DNA of 64,000 nt from the NCBI GenBank assembly GCA_029717555.1, contig JAMDHS010000022.1, positions 124,001 to 188,000 of the forward strand, in the 5' to 3' direction. Shown here piece by piece: positions 37,565-49,938 of this stretch. Made by a program: the position numbers and the translations under genes. The notes under the pieces are model-generated. The model did not search any database. It was not told where the DNA came from and saw only the letters and a list, made by a program, of their open reading frames with translations. The first letter of the stretch is position 1, and each line of letters opens with the position of its first letter. The stretch is from Peribolospora baueri (taxonomy: Eukaryota).

Positions 37565-37900
37565 GCAAGCAAGCAAGCAAGCCTCTTCACCATTCGCATA
37601 CGCATCCAGTTCCCTTGTCCAGCTCGGCTCGGCTCGGCTCTGTCGGTACAGCGTGTATGTATGTGCTTGAGAGTTGTATGCGAGGAACACGGCAGGCGCG
37701 CTCCATGTATGTTCACTATGCCCGCGCGCAACCCATCCAACAGCGGGCGGGCCCGTGCGTGCGTGCGTGCCTGCCCGCCGAGGGGGCTGGCTGGAGCGCG
37801 CTGAGAGGGGAGCATGTACGAGTGCGTGCACGGGAACCGGGCCATGCGTTCGTTTGTGCGTTTGTTCGTTCGTACGTTCGTTTTTTCGTTCGTTCGTTCG
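37565..37900. repeat. Intergenic cluster of short microsatellites: (GCAA)n, (GCTCG)n, (CGTG)n, (CGTT)n
   Basis: Direct reading between SNT1 and the VPS9 gene. Confidence 0.75.
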
Positions 37901-38429
37901 TCTGTACGGAGCTGGCCTACACCAGTGCGCCCCATAAAATGCTGCGGCAAGCGGCGCCCGTGCCTGCCTCGACGATGACGCGGGGTGGAATTACCATAAC
38001 GGGCAAGTCGCGGGCAAGTCGTGGCCAGACATTCATTCGCCCCGTCGTCCGTCTTGCTCGCCATCCTCCTCCCACCACACCACCACACCATCGGCCCCTT
38101 CGTCGCCTCCTCGCTCCTTGCTCTCCTATCCTACAACCCTCCGGCCGCTTGCACACCACTTCCGTACTCCAGCAGACCCAGCACCCAGCAGACAGCGCCG
38201 CCTCCACGACGATAACGACGACGATAACAACGACCACCACCACGATCACCACCACGATCGCCGCTACGACCACCGACCACCACGACCGCGACAACGACGG
38301 CGACGGTGACAGCGACAGCGCCTTTCATAGCGTACACACTGCATATTCGCCCTCTCGCCGTCGCGCCCTCACACGCCCCCCTCCCCCCCCCCCCCACTTA
38401 TCTGCCGTCTCTCCATCGCGCTCTTTCAT

Positions 38430-38591
38430 GTGAGCACCCGCACGACCCCTTCCCTCCCGTCCCTCTCCGCCTTCTCACCTCCCGCTCGGTCTCCAGGGCA
38501 TCTCCCTTCTTCCGCATCTTCATCCAGCGCCACGGTGGGGCACCAAAGGCATAAGCCCGCCGTTTTTCTCCATCTCTTTCTCCTCCCTTAG
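38430..38591 (+). other. Probable 5'UTR intron of the VPS9 gene, with tandem acceptors (38591, 38595, 38598)
   Basis: GTGAGC donor at 38430, long pyrimidine tract, then TTAG CCAG CAG just before ATG 38604. Confidence 0.55.
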
Positions 38592-38603
38592 CCAGCAGTC
38601 GCC

Positions 38604-41600
38604 ATGATCGGCAAGATTTTTCCCTCCAGGAGGCGGCCCAAATCCTCTTCCGTCTCCTCTGCTTCTGGACAGCTTGTGTTCGCCCCCGACGACGTCCCTC
38701 GTTCTGCATTTGCTCCCTTGACCGGCATCCACTCGCCCCCGCCTCCGGCCGCCGCCCTCGACCACCGGCCGCCCCATGCGCACGGTGTACTCACCACAGA
38801 GTCGCTCAACTCCCTCGCCTCGCCGTTCCCCGCTCGGGCCCAAGGTCAGTTGGCCGAGCTTGCCGGAGACGAAGCGAGATGGAGCCAGAAGGACGGAGAA
38901 TTTCGACGGTGTGATTCGGTCGGGAAGACGGTCGGCTTGGATGGGCGAGGACGAGGACGAGGGCGGGAGGTCGAATCTGGCGTAGAAAGGGAGGGGAAGA
39001 GAGATGGAGATGGAAATGGAGATGGAGAGGGACGTGGAGGAGGAAAGGGAGACGGAGACGGAGAGGGGGTCCGCGGGCATGAGGGGCCCCAGGGAAGGAA
39101 AAGCCTCGATGGCGCATCGCTCTTATCCTCCGCGAACGCTGGTTGGTCTCCTCCGACGACGACGACGGCGACAACATCGGCGATCCCTCTCGCAAGAGAA
39201 CAGCGGCCGAGGCAGCCCATGCCGATGAGGCCCGGCTCCTCGTCGAAGCGCCACTCCACTCCCCTTCTCCTTAGCCGTTCTTTGCCTATGCCTTCGACGG
39301 TCAACATGACGCCCGCCTTCGGACATACCGCCGAGACTGACTCTGCCTGGGGCCCAGTTCCCGTGCTTGCCCCGCTCACCCAGGCGTACCCTTCATACAC
39401 TTCTGCGTACGAGCCGGACGTCGCCGCCGGCCCTTCCTCTCATGCATTCGAGACCCCTCAGGGGCCGCCCGATAATCTCTCGCTCTCTTTCGATCCGCGA
39501 ATCGACGGCCTACCCTCGACTTTTAATCCCGCGCGAGAGATCGGGGCGTTCCAAGGTGTCACGGAAGGTGCGGGAACGGGAGAAGGGACGCAAGGACAGG
39601 TTGCCGAAGAGGACGATGATGAGGAAGGAGAAAACGGTGAAGACGGAGAAGATGACCTGGACACGAACCCCCTCTACGATCGCCTCACCACCGACCCCGC
39701 CCTCGGACAGGTCTATGACCACGCTAGGCTCATCCTTGTCCCCCTCGGCACGGTCTTGGACGAGGCCGGCTCCCGCTCCGGCGCCGCTCCGGCTCAGGCG
39801 CCCACTTCATCGGCGGGGCGACGGACCGATCCCGCTGCCGGAGGGCGCGAAGAGGAGACGGGGATCCCTGCTCTATCCCCAAGCCCGGCCACTCCAAAGT
39901 CCCCATTCCTTCCTGGGCGCTCTTCGAAGAGGAGGGGCTCTACCACCTCGCAGACCTCGGCCGGAGGAAGGAGGTTGAGCTGGTGGGCCGGGAGCGCCGG
40001 GTTCTTATCCAAGCTTGGCGTCGGCGGCAGTGGGGGAGGGGCTGAAAAGGCCGACCTAGTTTCGACGTCTCCGCCGAACCACTCTATCGACCGCTTCGAT
40101 GTCTCGTCCGCCACGAACCCAAGTACCCGGGCTCGTCCCAAGGCAATCGCGTCGTCCTCGACGGCGCCCGCGGTCTCCTCACCGACCACGTCTCACTCGC
40201 CCTCCCCCGGCTCACCCCCGGATCTGGCCGCTCTCCTCGCCTCGGACGCCTACGTCGCCCTGCATGCCCTCGCTCCCTCTCCGTTCTTTAGGGACCAGTG
40301 GGTCAGCGTGCTCTCCCTCGCGCCCGGCTTGAGGACGGGCGGCAGCGGGGAGGTGGCGGAGGACGAGACGCAGAGATGGGCGGAGCGCACGACGGTCACC
40401 GCGCTCGTCGATTCCGATTCCGACTCCATCGGCGTTCGCTTGGCCTTTCGTGCTCCCCCGCCTGTCCGTGTGGGGAGCTCTGCAGAAGGAGCGGCCAGAA
40501 ACGCGGGCATGAGCGTGGCGGAGGATGGAGCTCTGGGAATACAGACGGACACCCACGACTGGCGCAGGTTGAGCGTTGTCGGGGAGACGACGGTGTACAG
40601 GACCGTGGACGTGCCTGTCCGCACGCGTGCCTCCGCCGCCTCTTCTCTGACGCCCGTCACTCCTTTCACACCCGCCCACCCTCGCACAGCCACTTCCACG
40701 CCGACACCGACACCGACGCCGACGCCGACATCAGGCACGTCCGCCGTTCCCACCGCTCGCCCTACTTCTACGAGAACTCGAAGTGGCTTCGAAGTCCTCT
40801 CTCGGCCCCCACCGCCGCCTGCCCCGCAACCACGCCCTCCGCCTCCTCTTTCTTCGCCCCGCTCCCCTATGACGAGGCAGGAGAAGGTCAAGGTGCGCGT
40901 GCTCAGCGTCAACGGCTGGGTCGTCCCTCCTGACTTGGGCTTGCGCGCTGCCTCCGCAGCCGCCGTCGCCGTCGCCGTCGCCGCCGAGGCTGAGGCTGAA
41001 ACTGCCGTCGCTGCTGCTGCTCTGGTAGGGAAGGAAGAAGGGGGGAGGGGCGCAGGGCCCAAGGCGGAGAGGAAGAGGCTCAGCATTGACGTCGGAGGGC
41101 GTACGGGTGTTTTGGGAGAGGAAGAGCTGATGAGGCGACTGAGAGAAGAGGAGAACGAGAAGGAAAGGGCTCGACTGCAAGACGCCGACGATACGCCCTC
41201 GCCCTCTCCGCCTCCATTGATCGACCCCTCGGACACATACCACCCTTCCGCCGCCGCCTCGCCTGATTCCAGCGGCAGCGGCTTCTCCCTCGACACTGCG
41301 CGCCACTCCCTTCTGGCCCCCCCGCCTAGCAGAGCCAGTGCGGCCTTCCTGTCTCCAGGAAGCATCGCCTTCCCCTCCGTCCCCTCGCCGCCCTTGTCGC
41401 CGCGGAGCGCCCAAATGCCGTCCCTGTCACCCACCATGGTCTCTGCTTTCGGCCTTCCCTTCTCCTCCGTCCCCGTCCCCGTCTCCCCCTCTTGCGGCGT
41501 GGCGGAAATCGAGGTCCCTGGATCTGCCAAGTCGGCCGGGTCGCCTCCTTCTTCTTCTGGTGCAACAGACGGCGCGTCTGCTTCTGCTGGCGATGGCAAC

Positions 41601-44600
41601 GGCAACGGCAACGGCAACGGCGGCAACGGCAATGGAGGGCGGGTGCGAGGCATGAAAACGTCCAGCGCCAGCGTTGGCGCCGAGAGGCCCCCACTTTCTC
41701 CTCTGTACGGCGTTTCCGGCGCCAGCTCGTCCAGCTTCAGCCTCGGCAGGCTCTCCGGAATGGGAAGCTCGTCCCACGTCGCCGGAGCCAGTGGCGCTAG
41801 CGCTGGCGCTGGTACGGAGGCCCGCCACGCCCTCGCCCGGAAACGGCGCTTCTTCGCGGACCTCCACTTCCTCCTCCGCCCCCCGCCTCGGCCCTCCGCT
41901 CTCTCCCTCCTCTCCCCCGCTCTCCTCGACGCTCTTACCACCGTCGTCAGGCTGTCCCACGAGTTCTGCTCCACGTTCGTCTACGTGCGCGGCTTCGACG
42001 CGTACGTCGTCTCCAGGGTCAGGAAGGGCATCTGGGCCAAGGCGATCGAAGATGCGGAGAGGCGCATCGAAGTGTTGACGTTGACGGCCGAGCGGGCGTC
42101 GTCGTCATCGTCCGAGACCGATTGTGCGGAGGAGCCGGACAGGGTAAGGAAGGTTTGGAGGGAGGAGAGTAGGAGGGTCGCTGAGGTTTTGGAGAAGTGA
42201 GTCTCCCTTTTTCCGTTCTCTCATTGTCCGTTCCGTCGCTGAGGCCTCTTGACTTCACCCTCGTCCTTCCTTCGTTCCGTTGACGCTGGCCTCACTTTTC
42301 ACTCTTCGTAGCATCGTCATGGGCTTCTTGCACCCGCATCTTTATCCCGCCATCGCGCCCCTCTTCGAGGCGGCCGACGTCCGACTAAATCACATCCTGC
42401 GATGCTACCTCGAAGACGGTAACGTCACGCTCAAGGCACTCGGCGTCGACCTTCCTGCCCTCCGACAGGAGGGGGAGCGCAGGTTCGCACGTCGCCTCGG
42501 TCGCGCCGTTCGCACGCTCGCCAAGCTCGGCGACGGCAGCATGGCGTTGTACAGCCACGGCTTTGAGACCGACCTGCCGAGCGTGCTGGCCGCGCTCGAT
42601 GTGGACGTCATCGCCCATCTCGCTGGAAGGGCAGACGATGAAGACGCGGGCGGCGCGGACGACGATCAGGACGACGAAATGAAGGTGCATTCCTATCGGC
42701 TCAGCTCTCGCTCCGTCAGCCGGAGCAGCGGTTCTGTCTATCTGCACTCCTCGTCGCCAGAGCCGAGCGTGTCTGCGCCGGTTGTCGAAGAAGCGGTCGC
42801 TTTGGACAATCTCATCTGGTCCGCATTGCGCACGCCGTTGGACACCGTCTTTGTGATCAAGGACACGATCGACGAGATCGTTCGGGCCGTCGAGCAGCCC
42901 ACCTTCTCTAGCAGTCGAAGTAGTCTCGACCTCTCCCGTCTCGCCGCCGCCGCCGAGGGGACCAAGATCACCGCTGACAACCTGCTGCCTCTACTTGCTT
43001 ACGTCATCGTACGCTCTGGCATAAACGACCTCGAGGCGCTCATGTACTACGCGTCCACTTTTCGTTTCGTCGACCGCCTTCCTGCCGATCTCAACTGGGC
43101 TTTCGTGACCTTCCAAGCCGCCGTCGGTTACCTCCGTGCCGATCCTTTCAACGCTTCCGCTCACCTTTCTGAACCCTCCGCCGAGAGTCATCTCTCCGGG
43201 TCCAGGCGGACCGGTTCGGTGTCGACGACGTCCTCCAGGCGCTCGCATGCTCGGCCGTCGACCGCTCCGGGTGTTCATAACTACGGCCATCTTTCTTCCC
43301 GCTCTTTGAGCGGTGCACCACCACCTCCCTCTCCTCCTCCGCACCTCACTGCCAGGACTTGGTCTGGCCGCTCGCCGACGTTGTCGTTCGCGCCGTCCAG
43401 CTCGGCCGGCGCGGATTCAGCCGAAGGGGGCCTTGGAAGGGTCCTTTCTCTCCCCTCATCCTCCATACGTCGTTCCATCAGCGCCGCGAACGAAGAGCCG
43501 AGATCGTCCGTAGAGGTGGCCATGTCCACCCTCTCGAATCACCTGCAGGACGACGACGCGGCGAGCGTAACGTCCCTTCGCTCGCGCGGACGGTACGTCT
43601 CCAGGCCGGCTTCCATCCGCTCCGTCGAAAGCGTCCTCAACTCGGGTCCGTCGCAGGCTTTGGCCGACGACAGCTTCAAGTTTCCCGGTCGACCGGCCTC
43701 TGCCTCCATTTCAGCCGGTTCGCTCGACGAACGCGCCAGCCGCACGCTCTCCAGCAGTCGCTCTATACGCGCCGAGTCAATTCACTCGCTCAGCGGACGC
43801 GAGACTTACGATTCTGCTTCCAGGTCATCCTCTCCCCTGGGCGCGGACGACGATTCGCTGGTGCGTCGACGCACAACGTCGCTCAGCACGCGCGCATCTT
43901 CCGACCTCGTCGTGAGGCCACAGATCATCGTTCGGCCCAGCCACGTTCGTCAGCCCACGCAGTCGATAGCGTTCGGACAAGAGCCGTCCTTGCGCACGGA
44001 TTCCCTCAGTCGTAGGAGCACGGGCGCGAGCACGCGGTCTGTGCGAGTTGTCGGCAAACCACTAGAGGCCGGCGGCAACACCGCCACGGCGCCGCCCATG
44101 AGCCGCGGCGGTAGCGATGAGCTGGAGATTCGGGCGCGAAGGCGCCAAAGCCTCGACTCCTGGGCGGCTTTGTCCCTTTTCGGCGGCGCCAGCTCGTCGT
44201 CCGGCCCTGCTGCCGCTACGGCTGGAAGGTCGTCCCCTAGACAAATAGACGGCGAAAAGGCGGTTCCGTCGTCTCCCAAAGCGGGCCGGCAGCAGCCGAG
44301 CGACATGTCGTCGTCCTTGTCCGTGTCTGACGAGGGCGCTTCGCCATCTAACGACCCTTCCTCCGCCTGGCTTCCCTGGAGCAAGAATAACACCAATGCA
44401 TCCGCTTCGAACGACCGCTTGTCCTCTTCACCGCCCTCGCCGAGTGGTGGACAAACGCCGAGCACCGAGCCTGCGCGACTCGAGGCCCGTCCCTCGTCAG
44501 GCTCCTCCGTGTCTTCTCGAGAAGCCCCGCTGGTGAACGCCGCTCGCAGGTCCGCCGGTCGATACCACCACCGTCCTCGCTCGGTCATGTCCGCCTCCTC

Positions 44601-45141
44601 CGCCTCGTCCCTTGACACGGATTCTGACCTCGGCATCACTCCGCCGTCGAAAACGCTCCATGACTCGCTCCGCCGCCAGAGAGCATTCGGTCTCGCCTCC
44701 TCCTCGCCCCTCCCTCCCCGCCTGGAGCGTTTCGAGGCGAGCACGAAACTGAGCTTGCCTAGCGGTGGGAACACCGCTTTGTCTCTAACCGCTCAACAAC
44801 AATATCACGCCGCAGGTGGCGGCGCCCATGGCGACGGCGGCGGCAGCGGCACCGGTGGGCAAATGCCGGCGGTGCAGTCGAGCAGCAACGACAACCTTTT
44901 CGCCTCCTACTTCCAAGTAGACGTCCCCAGCCCGGTGATGGAGATCAGAGATCCCCTTCACCATTACGATTACTCTCCCACGGACCAACAAGGCCTCTCG
45001 CCGGCCCCCAAGACCGGCGCCGGCGCCAAGTCCTCAGTGACCAATTTGAACCTGAAGGCAGGAGGCAGCGGTCCGACGTCGGAAGGATTTGCCTCGGCCG
45101 CTCCTCCCTCCGTTTCGCTCGCCGCGGTTTCCGCGGATTGA
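38604..45141 (+). CDS. VPS9-domain Rab5-family GEF, VARP/Vrl1-like; exons 38604-42196, 42312-45141
   Basis: VPS9 core TPLDTVFVIKDTIDEI..ITADNLLPLLAYVIVRS..YYASTFRF..WAFVTFQAAVGYL. One phase-consistent GT-AG intron joins the 1198-aa and 953-aa ORFs. Confidence 0.85.
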
Positions 45142-46182
45142 ACGTAGTAGGGCTCACGGAGGTTGTGTGCGACGGTGATCTCATCCCTATTCATGGACAC
45201 AAACTTTTTCGTTCCTCTTGTCTTTGTCCTCTATCAGCTCATTTCCCCCTTCTCCCCGTCTCGATCCTGTCATGTGCTCCCTTCCGTCCCGGCATACCCC
45301 GCCCGCTCGTCTTCTCTCTCCACTGATCGATGCGTGTGCTCATGCTATGCTAGCAAACGTCCTACCCGCCTATCCCACCTATGGCCGCTTCCTGCCATGT
45401 CCACGTATCTGACTGCTGACTCCGTTCTCTCAGATGGTTCGTAATTGTAAGATGCGAGATTCGACACGTAAAGCGAGCGCAGTTGGACAAAGGTTTGGCC
45501 TCCTTCAATCAGCACAGGAGCATGTTGGAACGGGAAGAGAGGTCGGTACAGGGACGAGCTCAGGCTTGGTGTTTGCGCGCAAATGTAGTTGTCGCGTCAG
45601 CCACCTTGCTGCAGAACGCATGGAGGAAGCGCGTATGACATGACGCCTGCGCGCGACCGGGTGGAGGGACGTTTTAGGTCTGAGGCAAAGTTGATTTTCC
45701 CGTTCATGAGCCAAGCCAAGGGCCTTGCCTCATCGATGAGCCTTGGACAACATGAAGAACCGGATCAGCTGTTATGCCGCCCTGTGTGCGGCTCGTAGGA
45801 ATGCACAGCGATAGTAACGCGTGGTTGGAGCGCTACGGGGGCAAGCGTGTGTAACCTGGGTGAGCTGTCGTTTGGCCAGATGTTTGCCAGTCAAGGCGGG
45901 TCAATAGGTGCCAGGCCGAAAAAGGGAGGGGGGGCCAAGGTCAATGGAAATTTTCTCATGGGCTTTTTGCTGCTGTGTGCGCTGAGGAACGAGAGTGGGT
46001 CCGAGTGACTCAAAGAGGGGTAGTAGAGACTCGAAAGGGCAATTTGGTCGCTGCATGGGTCTGCTCCTCCGACCTTCAAGGGTCAGTTGCCTTGAAGATG
46101 GAGCGTTCGTGACATATGAAGGTGAATATCGTATTTACCATGCGCCATTGAAAATGAATGTAGATCCCTCCCTCTCTAATGT

Positions 46183-47732
46183 TCAGAGCTTATTCCCCCT
46201 CCCTCTCACTCCATCCGCCACGGCCGGTCCATGCTCTACGACCTCGACGATCCTGTCCACGACCCTCAACACCCACTCCGCCCCCTCCATGGTGGCAAGC
46301 CATTCTACGTCGTCTCCTTCGGCTGCTTCCTCATCCGCACTGTCGGGACAGGAACGGGTGGTGGTAGCCGGAGAAGGCGAAGTCGAAGGAGAGCGGGCAG
46401 ACACGTCCGTATCGAGCCGCCCCCCTTCCGTAACCTGGGAAGAGGACGCTGCCTCATCGCCGATCCTTTTCAGCCACCACTTTTCCACATCTGCGCTGGG
46501 GAGCGGCTCGGAAGCGCCGCCAGGGCTTCCAGTAGCAGAAGATGTAGCCGAGGCGAGCGACCTGCGCCTCGCCTCTCCGGCCTTCAAGAGACCCCAGACA
46601 TGGGATGTGATTTGGGGACCTACACCCCCCATGGCGCGGAGAGAGGCGATGCCTACAAGGGACGTGTGGAGGCGAGATGGCTCCCACACAGGGAAGGAAA
46701 GGGCATGTGTTTTCGACTCCTTGCCCGTGCCGGAGGACGCGGACAGATCCGTGGGATCGGAGAGTAAAGGCCCATAATGCGACTCGATGATGTGCACGGG
46801 CAGGTCCGGATGCGAGTCTCCGAGGCGTGAGAGGAGCGTGCGGGTGTGAGGAGAGTAAATGTCGTCAAAAAGCGCCAGACCCGTCTTCTGGATTCGAGGC
46901 AGCCGGGCCGGGGTCTGGTGCCTACAGCATGGAGATGAAAATGAGACGACGAAGTAGCGATTGACGAGGGAATAGAATGGAGAAAATGACACAGAGCGCT
47001 CACCGCCTAGGGCTCGTCGGCATTGCGGCCGCCAGCTCGGGAGACAGAGCGCTACGGAGGCCAGCGAGATTGTTGATGACCTGCAGCATGGAAAGAGTAT
47101 TCCAAGGAGTCAGCGCGCGCGTTCACACGAGCGGAAGAGGGAAGAGCCCGAACTTTCTGAGACCCAATCCTTGTTATACAACTGATAAGCCAAATCAATA
47201 TGAGACCCGCCTTTGCAATGCCTATGAAAGAGATACATTTAATACCGGCCTCGCGCATCAAACAAGTCCTATCCACCTGCTCCTCGAGCGCCAATTTATC
47301 CTTCGCGGGCGCGGATGCGGTGGGGCCGCTGGTGGGCGGGTCTGCATCTGCAGACAGGCTCTTCAGTGGGGTTGAGGAGAGAGACCGAGGTCGGCTAATC
47401 GCAAAGGCATGTAAGGAGGCCAGGCTTTGCGGGGAGTTGAGCGTGATCAGGGTGGCCGTCTGCGAAACAACGGCATACAAGGGTACGTCACAGGAAAAAG
47501 GAGCCAATCATCAGTTCTCAAACCTCCTGTAGAGACAGCAACGGTCGGTACTCACGGTAATGCTCAACCAAGCCTTCCATCCAACGTTCCTGGCCACAGC
47601 CTCCTTTCGGATTCCGTCGAACAACTCGTGCAAACGTGACTCGGGCGGCGGGGGAACAGGGTGAGAGCGAGCGGGGCCGGTGATGAGCGACTTGAGCGTC
47701 GGGGGCAGCGACGCAGATTTCTTCGCGGCCAT
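46183..47732 (-). CDS. AhpD/carboxymuconolactone decarboxylase-like fold protein (Pxp2-like fungal family), C-terminal -NKL; exons 47732-47556, 47459-47211, 47080-47004, 46921-46183
   Basis: Motifs MREAGIKCISFIGIAK|VINNLAGL, GLALFDDIYSPHTRTLLSRLGDSHPDLPVHIIESHYGPLLS and RLHTSLVGIASLRAMGGVGPQITSHVWGLLKA. Confidence 0.8.
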
Positions 47733-48141
47733 GTCGGTAATCTTTGTTTCTGTAAGACTCTGAACGGATCGGGAAGGTGCTGCTCGTGCTTTGGTTGACC
47801 GGTCGGGCGGACGTTGTCGTCGTTGTCGTCGTTGTCGTCGTTGTCGACCTCATCATCCCCGTCCTCGTCTGGTGGACTTCTCTGCGCTACCCCGCATCGT
47901 TGATCGGCTGTTCGGCTGTTCGGCTGATCGGCTGATCCGGCGGATCCCGGCTATGCACATTGCCGCAGGCCGATGTGAGATAATCTCGGCGGGCGTCGAG
48001 TACGACGTAACCCGACGACGGCGACGACTCCTGGTCGCGGCTCTTGTCTTCTCTTTGTCTCCTCGCTTCCATCTCCATTAAACATAATACGTGTTGGAAA
48101 GCGCGACCAAAAACAACGAGCGAACGAACGAGCGAGCAGAG

Positions 48142-49512
48142 ATGGCAAAACGCAAATCTGGTCGTCCTCGGCCCAACCGGCGTCATGGGTTCTATATCCT
48201 CATCGTGAGTCGCTTCGTCTCTCTCAAGGCGTGCAGTGAGCATGTCTCAGCAGTCCAACTGGGGAGCATGGATAAGTGTGCGGACGTCACTTGACAACTC
48301 TTCCGCTGGTTCGAACCTTGGATGACGATGGTGGTTTGTCGTCGGTTCGTCGATGCAGATGATCCTGGGCTGGTTCGTGCCCCCTCTAGCCGTCGCCGTA
48401 CGGTTCGGCATCGGCAAGGATTTTTTCATTAACGTGCTGCTCACAATTGCTGGGTATATCCCTGGACACGGTGGGTTGCGTGGAGTCAATCGTCCTGTGT
48501 CCCTATCCCGCTGTGCCACGGCAGTGTTACGAAATGGATATGCTATCCTCGCTTCTCTCATAGGGCGACTATACTCATAGCGATGATCTCGGTGCCTCCG
48601 ATCCCTTTTCTCTTCTCCCTCATAGTCCACAATTTTTTCCTCCAAAACATACGCAACAACAAATCCAAGGCACGCAGCCCGCGATGGGCAGTCAAAGCGG
48701 GCCTCATCAAGGACCACAGTAAAGACCGACATGGGCGCTCCGGATGGGCGCATCGGTACGATGAGCGAGTTCCTGGCGCTGAGTATGGCCCCGGGTCTAC
48801 CTCCGGCTACAGTGGAGGTAAAAACGGTGGGGGACGTCTAGGGAAGGCGGATGACTCAAGTGCAGCCTATAGGATGGCTGACAATGGTCTGGGGACGGCG
48901 TACGAGAGGCAAGACGAGATTGTCGACCCCGTCACGGGAGAAACTCGACCTCCGCCCGCTCAGGACGGTGCCCAACAAAGGAGGGACAGCGTCAGTTCTT
49001 CTTCCGCTTCCCGTCGGGCGGCACCTCTTCCGCTGGACATAGAAGAGGAAGAAAGAGGGCAGCAGGACACCACCGACGGTGTACACCGAGTTCGCACACG
49101 AGAATCGGTAGCATCCATCACCACCTCCGGTAGCCAGACATCTAATCGTTCGGCGCGGTATGCGGACCGGTACGGCAGCGAACTGCCCGGCATGGGCGAT
49201 AGGAGGGTGAAAGGCGGGAAGAAGATCAAAAAAATTTCTCGCGGTGAAGCGGTCGGTCGAACGACGTCCTCTGCGGCCGTGGACAACTTTGACGGACAGG
49301 CCTTTGGAGCACAGGACCTGGGCCGTTCCGTGGATAAGGAGTTTGGCGTGGGCTCGGGTAAGGGGAACGGTGCCACTGGCACTTTTGGTAGCGGTGGACC
49401 AGGCACGTTTGGGCAGAGGAGGGGAAATACTGGCGACGGCCTTGGAGACCAAAGTATCCAGAACGCGCAGGGCAGACAGGAGGGAGAGGATGAGTTCGCG
49501 CACGAGTTCTAG
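48142..49512 (+). CDS. Pmp3/UPF0057 proteolipid-domain protein with long hydrophilic C-terminal tail; exons 48142-48204, 48359-48470, 48626-49512
   Basis: FYILI|MILGWFVPPLAVAVRFGIGKDFFINVLLTIAGYIPGH|VHNFF matches the Pmp3 two-helix signature (PPLAV..IN.LLT..GY.PG..H). Confidence 0.85.
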
Positions 49513-49938
49513 GCTTGCCCCACCCGGTCTTCTTCCCACTCCCTGATCCCGAAGCCGCCATTCAGGCTGCTCGATTGTTTGACGTATGTGAACCACCGCC
49601 CATTTATGACGAAATGAGGACGGTGCGGCGGCACGACGCCGGTGATCTTTTCGTGTTGTGTAGCAGATGTGTATCCTGTAACTATTCGCTTTCGTTCTCT
49701 GCTCTACTTGCTGCTTTTTGTAAGACGTACCTTTCTCTTGGCGGAACGTGTTCAATTGATACGACAATCGTTGCTTGGAATGCAAACAAAAGCACAAGAG
49801 TACAGGGGATGGTCGATGAACGAAAGCAGTCGTTGAACAGGAGAAAAAGGAAGAATTGAAAGAGTGTCGATTGCCGGCGAAGAGACCGGCAAAGAGAAAG
49901 AAGTGAAAGTCCCGATCGAAAAGAGCCACCTCATGCTA

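Noticed and set aside
40250..41974. 574-aa minus-strand ORF, and similar long antisense ORFs over SNT1, RING, PWP2 and ATG11
   Set aside because: Mirror frames of real genes. Stop codons are rare at this GC content.
48300..48330. GGTTCGAACC resembling a tRNA T-loop/B-box
   Set aside because: It lies in an intron of the Pmp3 gene, and no cloverleaf or A-box could be built. The same applies to GGTTCGA at ~22877.
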